Assembly (NCBI GenBank): GCA_965223335.1
Contig: OZ244991.1
Coordinates: forward strand, 1,504,001-1,568,000
Length of the DNA stretch: 64,000 bases
DNA from: Thermodesulfobacteriota bacterium
GTDB lineage: Bacteria > Desulfobacterota_D > UBA1144 > Nemesobacterales > UBA2774
Direction of reading: 5' to 3'
Of this stretch, positions 34,258 through 46,580 are shown in pieces (within the stretch, counting starts at the first letter, position 1; every line of letters starts with the position of its first letter). A model generated the notes under the pieces. That model did not search any database. It was not told where the DNA came from and was given only the letters and a program-made list of their open reading frames with translations. A program made the translations under genes and the position numbers.

Positions 34258-35484
34258 TTATGAATAAAACCCCATACTTGCATATGTGACTACCGATCCT
34301 GTGTCCGGTTCTAGAGCCTGGTCGTAGTCGAGTATTTTACCTCGTTTCGCATCGATAGTGGACAAAAGGGTGTAGATCGGTGAGAGGCCGCAGATTTTTC
34401 TCTGGTCCTTTTCCGATTCGACCGATCTGTAAAACGACTCTGCATCCATCCGCTCCGAACACATGAGCGTCTCAGTGTCGCGCACCCGAATACTGATTAG
34501 TGTGTCCTCGTTGACCGGGTCTGGGTCCCCGAACTTGGGCCCCACATGTGCCATATCGGCCCCTGCTATCAGCAGCACCCTGTCTCCAAGGCTCGTTACT
34601 AGATCCTTGAGTGCTGAGATAAACACCGACACCCGTTCGTCCTCCATGGGCGAGATGCCTTTTTCGACCATACTGTAAAACGAGTTGCATAGAATAGGCA
34701 GTATCGTGAAATCCTGTTGCTTACGGGCCATGTGTTGCAGAAAAGCTACCTGAAACTCTATTGAGTGCTCCATACGGTGAGCCATCTCGCCTTCGAACAG
34801 GTCCCACTTGCATCTCCCGGCGATTGTATCGACCAAATCGTTATTAGTCTCGACATTACCAAACGGGGTTGTGAAATTCTTGCGTGTCATAATAAATGGA
34901 TTATCTACATCAGCGTAGTGAGAGGTGCCAAGAATCACATAAGTGTCTATGTTTTCGAGTGACTCCATCTCCCTATATGCCAGGGCATATGAGACTCCGC
35001 CCCTGCTGTAATCGATGTGCGGGGATACTAATCCCCGAAGCGAGCCGTTTTGCACTGCCTGCCCGTTATTAGCCTCTGCAGTTTGCAAAAAATCTCTGAA
35101 CCATGCCGATAGATCATCGGGTTTATCCGGGTAAGAGAGCCCAGCGTGACTCGAAGGCCTTAGATCCGAGTCCAAGAATTCACGAGTCTTTTCATCTTTG
35201 TATGCTTTATAGTTATCATTCTCGAGCAGGTGTGCATTGTCCAACTGATTTAGAATTCCCTTTAGGTCCTCACGACCTAGATCCGCACCCACTTGGGCTT
35301 TAAACTCCGTCTGAATATCGCTTAGGCAATGCTTCCCGTCTAAAAGGCTCAATATATAGAAAGCAGCCGGGGGGATAACCAGCATCTTATCGCTAAGCTG
35401 CAGGTGGTCCTTCACACAAATATACCTCTGTCCATCTCTCTCAATCGGAAACGCCTCGATGCCTACAAGTTTTGGATAGTCCAT
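34258..35484 (-). CDS. amrB: AmmeMemoRadiSam system protein B (MEMO1 family) with ~100-aa N-terminal extension
   Basis: HAGLSYP, PHIDY, GTSH, EHSIEFQ, DMAHVG, ICG, SVVTYAS; likely start ATG 35484. Confidence 0.82.
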   Translation of the reverse strand: MDYPKLVGIEAFPIERDGQRYICVKDHLQLSDKMLVIPPAAFYILSLLDGKHCLSDIQTEFKAQVGADLGREDLKGILNQLDNAHLLENDNYKAYKDEKTREFLDSDLRPSSHAGLSYPDKPDDLSAWFRDFLQTAEANNGQAVQNGSLRGLVSPHIDYSRGGVSYALAYREMESLENIDTYVILGTSHYADVDNPFIMTRKNFTTPFGNVETNNDLVDTIAGRCKWDLFEGEMAHRMEHSIEFQVAFLQHMARKQQDFTILPILCNSFYSMVEKGISPMEDERVSVFISALKDLVTSLGDRVLLIAGADMAHVGPKFGDPDPVNEDTLISIRVRDTETLMCSERMDAESFYRSVESEKDQRKICGLSPIYTLLSTIDAKRGKILDYDQALEPDTGSVVTYASMGFYS

Positions 35485-35497
35485 AGTTGCGTTAATC

Positions 35498-37066
35498 CTA
35501 TATACTCTTTTGTCGGCCCCAGCCGCCTCCCCCAGGGGTTTCAATCCTCAATATACTACCTTTTTTTATTGTGAAAATGGATTTTGGCGGAAGTGTATTC
35601 GATCCCTTATTATTCACTAATATATTCTTCCCCTTTTTGGCTTTGGCCCCTCCCTCTATACCATAAGGGGCATGTTTTCTACGCTCAGTTATGATAGATG
35701 ATACGGCACCCGTGAGAAATTTATACTCCCTTACTATTCCGTTCCCTCCCACATACTGTCCTTTCCCTCCGCTTCGTTTTCTGATGCTATAGCTTTGAAT
35801 CATCACCGGGAGCTCTCTCTCGATTGCTTCTATCGGGGTGTTAAGAGTGTTGGTCATATGGGTTTGCACAGCGCTAACGCCATTTAGCCCATACCTTGCT
35901 CCCATGCCACCTGCGATGGTCTCATAATAGGCGAAGTTCTCGCCGGTTTTAGGGCTCTTACCCCCAAAAGTTACATTACTCATGGTGCCTGCGCTTGCTG
36001 CAGGGACCTTGTGGGGCACTGCTTGGGACAACGCCCCGAACACCACGTCCACTACCCTTTGCGATGTCTCGACATTCCCGCCCACAACAGCAGCGGGGAA
36101 CCGGGCGTTAAGTATAGAGTCTCTGCCGGTCTTTATTTTGATTGCCCGTAGCGGGCCTGAGTTAAGCGGCATCTCTTTGGGCGCCAGGCATTGGAATGCA
36201 TAGAGCGAAGCTGCGGTAGTAACACTTAGAGGACAGTTAAGACAGCCTTTAACCTGTGGGGAGCTGGCACTAAAATCAAGTTCGGCCACTTGGCCCGAGA
36301 TCCTCAATCTAAGATCAATCGGAATATTGCGTGTACCTGCACCGTCATCATCAAGGTAGTCCTTAAAACTATAAGTACCCCGAGGAATCTCTTTTATTAC
36401 GGTTTTCATCATGGTCTCGCTGTAATCTAAAAGCTCTTTACCAGCTCTGGTTACTTTCCTAAGTCCATACTTGGAAATAACCTCTTCGAGCCTCTCTACT
36501 CCCAGGTATAGTGCGCCTACCTGGGCTTTAACATCACCCTCGCGCTCTATGGGGTCTCTGGTAGCGGACAGGATTTCGTTAAACAGTTTTCTGTTTAGTC
36601 GGCCTCTGCTGTAGAGTTTAGAGGGAGGGATCAGAATCCCCTCTTCGTGAATAGTAGTAGAGAGCGGCATGGAGCCCGGGGTAAGTCCACCCATATCTGC
36701 ATGGTGCGCCCTCGATGCGACATAGAACACGATTTTGTCTCTATGGAAAACAGGGGCTATACACGTAACATCGGGCAGGTGAGTTCCCCCCTTAAACGGG
36801 TCGTTTAACATAAAAACATCGCCCTGGTTGATGTCGAATTTTCCTATAATGGCTTTAACAGCGAACCCCATAGAGCCCAGGTGCACAGGGATGTGAGCAG
36901 CTTGTGCCACCATCTCTCCGTTCGATTGAAAGATTGCACACGAGAGGTCCCGTCGCTCTTTTATATTAGGCGAAAAGCCGGCCCTGACCAGTACGGTACC
37001 CATCTCCTCTGCTATGGAGCTTAGTACATTGTTAAAGATCTCTAGTTCGAACGGGCTTAGTGACAT
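35498..37066 (-). CDS. hydantoinase B / 5-oxoprolinase subunit
   Basis: SPNIKERRDLSCA, HIPVHLGSM, NDPFKGGTHLPD, HHADMGG, HMTNT, ETPGGGGWG. Confidence 0.9.
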   Translation of the reverse strand: MSLSPFELEIFNNVLSSIAEEMGTVLVRAGFSPNIKERRDLSCAIFQSNGEMVAQAAHIPVHLGSMGFAVKAIIGKFDINQGDVFMLNDPFKGGTHLPDVTCIAPVFHRDKIVFYVASRAHHADMGGLTPGSMPLSTTIHEEGILIPPSKLYSRGRLNRKLFNEILSATRDPIEREGDVKAQVGALYLGVERLEEVISKYGLRKVTRAGKELLDYSETMMKTVIKEIPRGTYSFKDYLDDDGAGTRNIPIDLRLRISGQVAELDFSASSPQVKGCLNCPLSVTTAASLYAFQCLAPKEMPLNSGPLRAIKIKTGRDSILNARFPAAVVGGNVETSQRVVDVVFGALSQAVPHKVPAASAGTMSNVTFGGKSPKTGENFAYYETIAGGMGARYGLNGVSAVQTHMTNTLNTPIEAIERELPVMIQSYSIRKRSGGKGQYVGGNGIVREYKFLTGAVSSIITERRKHAPYGIEGGAKAKKGKNILVNNKGSNTLPPKSIFTIKKGSILRIETPGGGGWGRQKSI

Positions 37067-37111
37067 GTCATTATGATTAGTCTTAAAAATTAAGGTTAAT
37101 GCATCTATATT

Positions 37112-37588
37112 TTATTTTTCTTGATCTTCAGCCGGTGATGGTGAGGGTATAACTATTTCTTCTGTGTTCCAAAACCTGCAAGTGCTGGAGTTGTAGTATT
37201 TTATTTTGGACCCGACTTTGAAATTCTTTTTAGGGCTCCCGGGGATTATATGGGTGCCGTTTACACACTCTTGGTCCAGGTAAAGAAAAGGTACTAGGAC
37301 TATGTCGTTCTCTTCACTGTCGCCTTTAAGTGTGGTCTCAACTCTTATATGAGCCACACACCTCGATACCATCTCGGGCTTAAACCCCGGCGTGGATGAG
37401 GCTCGGGGTTTGCATTCCCCCGAATCGCGGGGGCTTTCACAATCCAATTTTTCAACGTATCCTACTATGGCTAAAGTGGATGATTCCAGCAGTTCCTTTT
37501 GACTGCACGGTGGAGGAAGTGCATCGGAAACACTGGCCAGAGGTACAAAATAGACAATCAAACACAGAATTATCAGTGAATATTGCAT
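37112..37588 (-). CDS. hypothetical secreted Cys-containing protein
   Basis: Signal peptide; six Cys in the mature part; TTGACA box upstream. Confidence 0.6.
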   Translation of the reverse strand: MQYSLIILCLIVYFVPLASVSDALPPPCSQKELLESSTLAIVGYVEKLDCESPRDSGECKPRASSTPGFKPEMVSRCVAHIRVETTLKGDSEENDIVLVPFLYLDQECVNGTHIIPGSPKKNFKVGSKIKYYNSSTCRFWNTEEIVIPSPSPAEDQEK

Positions 37589-37687
37589 CTGTAAACTAGT
37601 TTTATGATCGTAGCCACTTTGTCAACACACTTTATCTAACTGCGCTTAAAGGAGAGTTTTTATGAAATCTTGGAGGGGTGTAGCGTC

Positions 37688-38638
37688 TTGAAAGTATTAA
37701 TCACAGGGGTTTCAGGGTTTATAGGCTCTCATTTGGCAGAGAGATTAACACACGAGGGCAATGCAGTAGTGGGATTAGATTCGTTCCTGGATTATTACCC
37801 AAAAGAGATAAAAAAACATAACCTTAGATCACTCTTTGACAGACCGAATTTCGAGTTTTTGGAGGGTGATATATTGGAAATAGATCTGGGGGGAGTGTTG
37901 GACGGTGTAGAGGCTGTGTTTCACCAGGCCGCCATAGCGGGTGTGCGATCAAGTTGGGGGCTTAGATTTGAAGAGTATGTAAGAAACAATATTTTGGGTA
38001 CACAGAAGCTCTTAGAAACCAGCAAGGACTTAGGTCTCAATAAATTCATATATGCATCGTCGTCTTCAGTGTACGGCGATGTGGATGAACTACCGGTTAA
38101 AGAGGCCACAATACAGAAACCCATCTCCCCATATGGAGTGACCAAGTTAGGCGGTGAACACTTAGCAACACTATACAACAAAGCCTTCGGTATACCCACC
38201 GTGTCACTTAGGTATTTTACGGTTTACGGGCCCCGCCAGCGGCCTGATATGGCGTTCCATAGGTTCATTAAAGCTATCATCACGGGGGATGAGATACAGA
38301 TTTACGGCACAGGGGAACAGACCAGGGATTTCACATTCATAGACGATGCGGTTGATGCCAACGTGGGTGCTATGCTAAATGGCGTACCCGGAGAGGTCTA
38401 TAACATAGGCGGGGGAAGCCGTGTTACTGTGAATGAGGCTATTGGTATCTTAGAGGATATTGTTGGCAAAACAGCAAACGTTGTGTATGTGGAGCCCCAG
38501 AAAGGGGATGCAAAACATACCTATTCCGATGTGAGTAAGGCAAAAGCCGATTTTGGCTACTCGCCTAAATATGATTTGCGCGCAGGACTAGAGCGGCATT
38601 ACGAATGGCTCAAAAACAACTTGGATCTTTACAGTTAA
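37688..38638 (+). CDS. NAD-dependent nucleotide-sugar epimerase/dehydratase
   Basis: [42 protein letters not shown] before TTG 37688. Confidence 0.88.
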   Translation: MKVLITGVSGFIGSHLAERLTHEGNAVVGLDSFLDYYPKEIKKHNLRSLFDRPNFEFLEGDILEIDLGGVLDGVEAVFHQAAIAGVRSSWGLRFEEYVRNNILGTQKLLETSKDLGLNKFIYASSSSVYGDVDELPVKEATIQKPISPYGVTKLGGEHLATLYNKAFGIPTVSLRYFTVYGPRQRPDMAFHRFIKAIITGDEIQIYGTGEQTRDFTFIDDAVDANVGAMLNGVPGEVYNIGGGSRVTVNEAIGILEDIVGKTANVVYVEPQKGDAKHTYSDVSKAKADFGYSPKYDLRAGLERHYEWLKNNLDLYS

Positions 38639-39504
38639 GATATTGAAGACTGGAGGGTTTCACCCATGAGTGCCGGGCTTGGGCACACTGTTACCCCTGC
38701 GTTCTCGAGCGCAGCCACCTTGTCTTTAGCGCTGCCTGAACTTCCCGAAATAATCGCCCCTGCATGACCCATCCGCTTTCCTTTAGGAGCAGTTGCGCCG
38801 GCGATAAAGGCCACAACGGGTTTAGATAGATTGGATTTTATGAACTCCGCTGCCTCTTCCTCAGCACTGCCGCCGATCTCCCCGATCATGACCACAGCGT
38901 CTGTCTCACTGTCTTTCTCAAAAAGGTCGAGCACATCGATGAACGTAGAACCGATCACAGGGTCCCCGCCGATTCCCACACATGTGGACTGGCCGATGCC
39001 GAGATTGGAGAGCTGCCACACAGCCTCGTATGTCAGTGTCCCGCTACGCGATATAATACCTACCCTACCCGGTGTGTGTATGTACCCGGGCATGATCCCG
39101 ACCTTGGCCTCCCCGGGGGTCATTACACCCGGGCAGTTGGGTCCTACCAAGCGGACGTTTTTGCCTTCGATATACTTTTTGACCTGGATCATATCTATGG
39201 TGGGAATACCCTCTGTGATACAGATTACAAGCTCGATACCCGCATCCACAGCCTCTATCATCGAGTCCATCGCAAAGGCTGCAGGTACAAAGATAAGCGA
39301 AGTATTGGCGCCGGTTTGCTCGACTGAGTCAAGCACCGTATCAAACACCGGAAACCCCTCAACATCTGTGCCACCTTTGCCTGGAGTTACCCCACCCACG
39401 ACATTGGTCCCGTACTCCCTACACTGAGTGGCATGAAACAGGCCCGCACTCCCGGTAATACCTTGTACTACTACTTTGCTGTCTTTATTTACGAGAATGC
39501 TCAT
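38635..39504 (-). CDS. sucD: succinyl-CoA ligase alpha subunit
   Basis: [33 protein letters not shown]. Confidence 0.96.
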   Translation of the reverse strand: MSILVNKDSKVVVQGITGSAGLFHATQCREYGTNVVGGVTPGKGGTDVEGFPVFDTVLDSVEQTGANTSLIFVPAAFAMDSMIEAVDAGIELVICITEGIPTIDMIQVKKYIEGKNVRLVGPNCPGVMTPGEAKVGIMPGYIHTPGRVGIISRSGTLTYEAVWQLSNLGIGQSTCVGIGGDPVIGSTFIDVLDLFEKDSETDAVVMIGEIGGSAEEEAAEFIKSNLSKPVVAFIAGATAPKGKRMGHAGAIISGSSGSAKDKVAALENAGVTVCPSPALMGETLQSSIS

Positions 39505-39677
39505 TTACCAATGCTCCTTCGGTATGGATATTGTAGCCAGGTCACTGGCGGGTAGGAATCATAACATAGCATATTGTCAGTTGCAACATCATTCATGACT
39601 GGATGTATATCTGTGCAAAGGTGAAAATGTGTTGATTAATTATCTAAATTTGCCTTAATTTTCGGGGTGTTATGTTG

Positions 39678-40547
39678 TTACTCTATGTTTTGGATCTGCT
39701 CTCTTATTTTCTCAAGCTCTGAGCGAAACTCGATCATTACGTGTGAGATCTCGGCATCTTTTGATTTTGCAGAGATCGTCCCGGCTTCGCGGTTCATCTC
39801 CTGGATGAGGAAATCCAACTCCTTTCCTATGGTGCCCTTTTTTTTTGCGGTTTCTTTAAACTTGCCGATGTGGGCCTCGAGCCTCACAAGCTCTTCAGTG
39901 ATATCGCTTCTCTCGGCTAGGTATGCCGTTTCCTGATAGAGCCTGCCCTCGTCGAGGTCCTGCTCGTCTAACAGTTTGGTTATTCGTTCTTTTAGTTTAG
40001 CAGATGCATTTTTTGCGAAATTGCGCCGCTTGTTTTTTATGGTTCTGGTCAGTTTTTCTATTTTTTTGATGCGTTTATTTAGGTCTTTTTCTAACTTTTG
40101 TCCCTCGATCTGTCGCGCTTTATCCAGTTTTAATATTGCCTGCTCCAATATATTTTTAAGAGCAGGGAACTGTTTTTGTCCTATCGGCGATTTGGAGTCT
40201 TGTGTGAAGATATCTTTTATCATTAGAAAATGCTCTAGTTTGATCGGGTCTTTTATATCCAGTTCTTTTTTGAGCCTAAGCAGATCTTTCTTGGATTTTT
40301 TAGCAATATCTATACTTAGATTGGTGTCGTTGTTGCGGAGTGAGTCGATCGAGACCTGGACTTTCACCTTGCCCCTGATGATCTGCTTTTTCACTACATC
40401 GCTTAGCTTCTGTTCTAAATCAAGAGTGGATTCGGGCAGTTGAAATTTGAGGTCGAGGAACCTATGGTTTTCCGACCTGGCCTCTACCGTGATTTTTCCA
40501 AGTTCGGTCTCGGCTCGGCTCGTGCCGAACCCTGTCATACTCTTCAT
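39678..40547 (-). CDS. yicC: YicC/YloC family endoribonuclease
   Basis: MKSMTGFG, NHRFLD, DITEELVRL, LDFLIQEMNRE, REQIQNIE. Confidence 0.92.
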   Translation of the reverse strand: MKSMTGFGTSRAETELGKITVEARSENHRFLDLKFQLPESTLDLEQKLSDVVKKQIIRGKVKVQVSIDSLRNNDTNLSIDIAKKSKKDLLRLKKELDIKDPIKLEHFLMIKDIFTQDSKSPIGQKQFPALKNILEQAILKLDKARQIEGQKLEKDLNKRIKKIEKLTRTIKNKRRNFAKNASAKLKERITKLLDEQDLDEGRLYQETAYLAERSDITEELVRLEAHIGKFKETAKKKGTIGKELDFLIQEMNREAGTISAKSKDAEISHVMIEFRSELEKIREQIQNIE

Positions 40548-40557
40548 GATGGTTAGC

Positions 40558-41082
40558 TCAACTGTTGAGTTCTTCTACGTATTTTGCCCTCAGGTCCAAA
40601 AACAGCTTTTTAATCTTGGGTGTGTTGTAATCCGGATACGTCCACTCGAGCTCTCTAAAAACGTTTTGTTGATAGACCAGCGTGAGGTCGGCATAAACAC
40701 CCTTACCTAAATAGGGACGGTGATAGTATCCCTTGCCGGTCGCAAGAATCAAGTGCTCTTCGGCTATATAACCGGGGTCTATATTAATAGTCCGCTTTTG
40801 GTCCTGAGAATATTCCTGTTCCAATGAGGTTGTGTAGACTTTAATATCTGCTATAAAATCACGATGGATCAAACGTTTAAAACTAAGAATAATGCGCTTT
40901 AATCCCGTACCCATTTCTTCAGTATAGTAGTTAGTATAATCAAAGGGTGAGCTTTCGGTTCTGTAAGTGTAAGCGCCTAAAAACTCAGTTAATTTTTCTA
41001 TACACGACTCAACATCTGCATTGGGGCGGTAAATGAGTGTTACAAACGGCATCACAGGTTTGGGTTCTTTAAGCAAGCTCAC
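40558..41082 (-). CDS. DUF4416 family protein
   Basis: TNYYTEEMG, RTINIDPGY, LATGK..HRPYL, WTYPDY. Confidence 0.8.
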   Translation of the reverse strand: MSLLKEPKPVMPFVTLIYRPNADVESCIEKLTEFLGAYTYRTESSPFDYTNYYTEEMGTGLKRIILSFKRLIHRDFIADIKVYTTSLEQEYSQDQKRTINIDPGYIAEEHLILATGKGYYHRPYLGKGVYADLTLVYQQNVFRELEWTYPDYNTPKIKKLFLDLRAKYVEELNS

Positions 41083-41165
41083 TATAAAATAATACAGATT
41101 TAAAAGGGTTTTGAAAAAGGTCGCGTGCTTGAAAAATCCGCTTTCTCACATATTCTATTGCTTAA

Positions 41166-41666
41166 GTGCAGATGATTCTAAAGTTCAATAACCATAAAAT
41201 ACAAATATTATTTTTATTGTTCTCGTTGGTGATGATTTCGGCCTGCGGTGGGGGTTCGGCATCCGAGTATCCCAAGAAACCCCCTGCAACCGGCTCTGCC
41301 ACAAAAACAGTGAACAAATTCTTAAATGCTCTCCAAAACGAGGATTTCGATAAGGCTTTCAAGTACATATACACCCCTTATTCAGATAAAGAAGGGTATG
41401 TAAACAATCTAAGGAACCTGGTCCAAGACAATAAAACCTCTATACTCAATTACCGGATTTTGGGCACTCAGATATTTGGTGAGAAAGCCATAGTGGTTGC
41501 AGAGCTGACAGTGAAAATGAAGTCGTTAAAGAGCGGGCAGATGATTACAAAGAAGCTTAGAAATCAGTATGAACTCACGGTGCTCGGCAAGGACTGGAAG
41601 ATAACGACAGACAGATGCATAGAGAACTGCTTCGAGGAAAAACCCGAGGTAGAGGTCGAGGAATAG
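41166..41666 (+). CDS. hypothetical lipoprotein (NTF2-like/DUF4878-like); start uncertain
   Basis: Lipobox ISAC; FLNALQNEDFDKAF ... WKI pattern. Confidence 0.65.
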   Translation: MQMILKFNNHKIQILFLLFSLVMISACGGGSASEYPKKPPATGSATKTVNKFLNALQNEDFDKAFKYIYTPYSDKEGYVNNLRNLVQDNKTSILNYRILGTQIFGEKAIVVAELTVKMKSLKSGQMITKKLRNQYELTVLGKDWKITTDRCIENCFEEKPEVEVEE

Positions 41667-41669
41667 TTA

Positions 41670-43618
<1,949 letters not shown>

Positions 43619-43624
43619 ACTAAA

Positions 43625-44005
43625 TTGAGATACTTATTCCCCATATTATTAATGGCTTTGTTTCTCTCGGGATGCCCGATGCAGCCGGGTGCGGAGGGAG
43701 GAGAAGGCGGGTCGCCTATTATCGCGATGCTCCCGTTTGTGCTCATATTCGTGTTGTTTTATTTCTTGATACTCCGTCCTCAACAAAAAGAGAAGGGCAA
43801 AAGGGAGCAGATGCTCCAAGAACTTAAGCGCGGTGACGATGTAATAACATCGGGTGGGATTCACGGTAAGATCACGAACATACAGGACGATGTAATCTCG
43901 CTTGAGATAGCCAAAAACGTGACTGTTCGCATTTCACGCGGCGGTATCGGGGGGCTTCTCAATAAGGATGATGATAACGCTAAGGAGGATAAGGCCAAGA
44001 AATGA
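43625..44005 (+). CDS. yajC: preprotein translocase subunit YajC with lipoprotein-type signal peptide
   Basis: FYFLILRPQQK, GDDVITSGGIHG; N-terminus MRYLFPILLMALFLSGC. Confidence 0.92.
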   Translation: MRYLFPILLMALFLSGCPMQPGAEGGEGGSPIIAMLPFVLIFVLFYFLILRPQQKEKGKREQMLQELKRGDDVITSGGIHGKITNIQDDVISLEIAKNVTVRISRGGIGGLLNKDDDNAKEDKAKK

Positions 44006-45597
44006 GAGCATCCAGAGGTTGGCTACTTACAATATCGCTTATTTCCCTACTTTCTATAATTCTATTAGCCCCAACATTTGCTGGTGACAGCCTGCCCGGT
44101 TGGTGGGGCAAATTGTTCCCCGACAGGGGTGTGCGCCTTGGTCTTGATTTAAGGGGGGGCATATTTCTGCTCTTGGGTGTGGATGCCGACAAAGCTGTGG
44201 AACACGAGCTCAACACCACAAACGATCAGATGGAGGAGCAGTTAAAAAACGAGAACATCCAAATAAAGAGTGATTCAATCTCGGGCAAGACCCTTACGCT
44301 CGATTTTAACAGTGAAGCCGACCTCAAAAAAGCACGTGAACTGGCCTCGACCTTCGAACAGGGGTCGAGCGTTCAGGAGGATGGGCTGGCGCTCAAATTC
44401 ACCCTAAATGACAACACTATCCAAGAAATCCAAAGAGGTGCGATCGACCAGGTAAAGCAGGTCCTAGAGAACAGGGCCCAGGAACTGGGTCTGGTCGAGC
44501 CGTCTATACAGCGTGCAGGTGCTGATAGGATACTGATACAGGTCCCTGGTGCTTCGGAGAAAGACCGCCAGCGTATTATCGATATCATAAGGCGCGCCGC
44601 GGTGCTCGAGTTCAAGATTGTAAAAGACGCCGGGCCTACAGAAGAGTTTGTGCTTGCAAAACTAAACGTAGAATCCCCAGACCAGCTCTCGGATCAGGGT
44701 CTGGCCCTACACGAGGGCGATACGGGCAATGAAAATGAAAAGTTTTTCATCACGACAGAGAAACCCGGTGTAACAGGGGAATACCTGTCGGACGCCAGGC
44801 TTATATTCGATGAATACGGTAGGCCTGCAGTGGGGTTTAGCTTCCGTGGCGAGGGGGCAAACCAATTCGGATTATTAACTGAAGCCAATATTAACAAACG
44901 GCTTGCAATCGTGCTAGACGGTGAGATTCAGTCGGCCCCTAATATCGAGGAGCGGATCGGGGGCCAGGGCAGGATCACAGGTACGTTCACCACGGATGAG
45001 GCAAGGGACCTGGCACTGATGCTAAGGTCGGGAGCGCTCCCGGTGCCTGTGGACATCGAGCAGGAGAGGACGGTGGGGCCGTCTTTGGGTAAGGACTCCA
45101 TTGAGAAGGGCAAGATGTCGATGATCGTCGGCGGAATTCTGGTAATGATATTCATGGTGTTTTATTACAGGTTCCAAGGCGTCATTGCCGATATTGCGCT
45201 TGTACTAAACATGCTATTTATACTCGGGTTTTTATCTGCGTTTGGTGTAACGTTAACACTGCCCGGAATCGCAGGGCTTGTGCTCACACTGGGTATGGCG
45301 GTGGATGGAAACATTATTATATTCGAGCGTATAAAAGAGGAGCTGGCTGGTGGTAAGACGGGTCTTGCGGCTATAGATGCAGGATATGGCAGGTCGCTTT
45401 GGACAGTGCTCGATGCAAACATCACTACACTGATCACGGCCATTATACTCTTTTGGTTCGGCACAGGGCCCATAAAGGGTTTTGCCGCTACCTTAACAAT
45501 CGGTATTTTGTCCACGGTGTTTAGCAATGTGATTGTGGCGAGAGTTATAACAAGCTACTTTTATCAGGACAAAAGAGTGCAGGAGTTGAGCATCTAG
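44002..45597 (+). CDS. secD: protein translocase subunit SecD
   Basis: LGLDLRGG, LRSGALP, VGPSLG, LTLPGIAG, AVDGNIIIFERIKEE. Confidence 0.95.
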   Translation: MRASRGWLLTISLISLLSIILLAPTFAGDSLPGWWGKLFPDRGVRLGLDLRGGIFLLLGVDADKAVEHELNTTNDQMEEQLKNENIQIKSDSISGKTLTLDFNSEADLKKARELASTFEQGSSVQEDGLALKFTLNDNTIQEIQRGAIDQVKQVLENRAQELGLVEPSIQRAGADRILIQVPGASEKDRQRIIDIIRRAAVLEFKIVKDAGPTEEFVLAKLNVESPDQLSDQGLALHEGDTGNENEKFFITTEKPGVTGEYLSDARLIFDEYGRPAVGFSFRGEGANQFGLLTEANINKRLAIVLDGEIQSAPNIEERIGGQGRITGTFTTDEARDLALMLRSGALPVPVDIEQERTVGPSLGKDSIEKGKMSMIVGGILVMIFMVFYYRFQGVIADIALVLNMLFILGFLSAFGVTLTLPGIAGLVLTLGMAVDGNIIIFERIKEELAGGKTGLAAIDAGYGRSLWTVLDANITTLITAIILFWFGTGPIKGFAATLTIGILSTVFSNVIVARVITSYFYQDKRVQELSI

Positions 45598-45624
45598 TCC
45601 CACCCCTTGGAGGAGGTTTTTACA

Positions 45625-46542
45625 TTGGAGCTTATTAAGCCCGGAACTCAAATAGATTTTGTTAGCAAGATGAGAAAGGCCGTCTATGTGTCGGGCCTGC
45701 TCATACTACTCTCACTCATATCTTTGATATACCATAAGGGCCCAAACTGGGGAGTGGAGTTTACTGGTGGGACGGAGATTCACATAAAGCTTGCGCAAGA
45801 TGCCGATGCTGTCCAGCTAAAAGAGGCTCTAGAGGATACGGGTTATGAGCCCGAGGCCATACAGAGTCTTGGACTGCCGGGTGACAATGAGTATTTAATC
45901 AGGTTTTCTCCCGATTTGGTAAGCTTCGATCAGATCCAGGAGTTTCAAAAGGAGCTTAACGTACTTATTGAGAAAAACCCTCTTTTAAAGGGTGCGTCGG
46001 TGCTTAGGGTCGACTACATCGGTCCACGTGTAGGGGGCGAGTTAATCAGAAAAGCCATCCTTGCAATCCTGCTTGGATGTGTGGGGATACTTATATATGT
46101 GATGTTTCGGTTTGAGCTCAGTTTTGCTATGGGTGCGGTGCTGGCGCTACTTCACGACACGATTATTACGCTCGGCGCGATCTCTTTTACTAATATAGAG
46201 TTTACACTGGCCATTGTGGCCGCACTGCTCACCGTGATCGGGTACTCGGTAAACGACACGATTGTTATATTTGACCGTATTCGAGAGAACCTCAAAAAAG
46301 GTGGCAAGGGTGATTTCAGTACAGTTGTGAATACTGGGATCAACCAAACATTATCCAGAACAATTCTAACGAGTGTTACGGTGTTCTTGGTGCTGCTGCC
46401 CCTCTATTTCCTTGGAGGGTCGGTCATTCACGATTTTGCGTTTACGCTTATTATTGGTGTAATTATAGGTACTTACTCGTCTATATTTGTAGCCAGCGCT
46501 TTTCTCGTTTATTGGAGAGGCAGAAAAGGGGCAAAAACTTAA
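45625..46542 (+). CDS. secF: protein translocase subunit SecF
   Basis: EFTGG, HD, GYSVNDTIVIFDRIRE, GTYSSIFVA; GGAGG SD before TTG 45625. Confidence 0.95.
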   Translation: MELIKPGTQIDFVSKMRKAVYVSGLLILLSLISLIYHKGPNWGVEFTGGTEIHIKLAQDADAVQLKEALEDTGYEPEAIQSLGLPGDNEYLIRFSPDLVSFDQIQEFQKELNVLIEKNPLLKGASVLRVDYIGPRVGGELIRKAILAILLGCVGILIYVMFRFELSFAMGAVLALLHDTIITLGAISFTNIEFTLAIVAALLTVIGYSVNDTIVIFDRIRENLKKGGKGDFSTVVNTGINQTLSRTILTSVTVFLVLLPLYFLGGSVIHDFAFTLIIGVIIGTYSSIFVASAFLVYWRGRKGAKT

Positions 46543-46580
46543 CCCCGGTGTTTGTTAAGCTCAATTTTCTCTAGCTCGTT

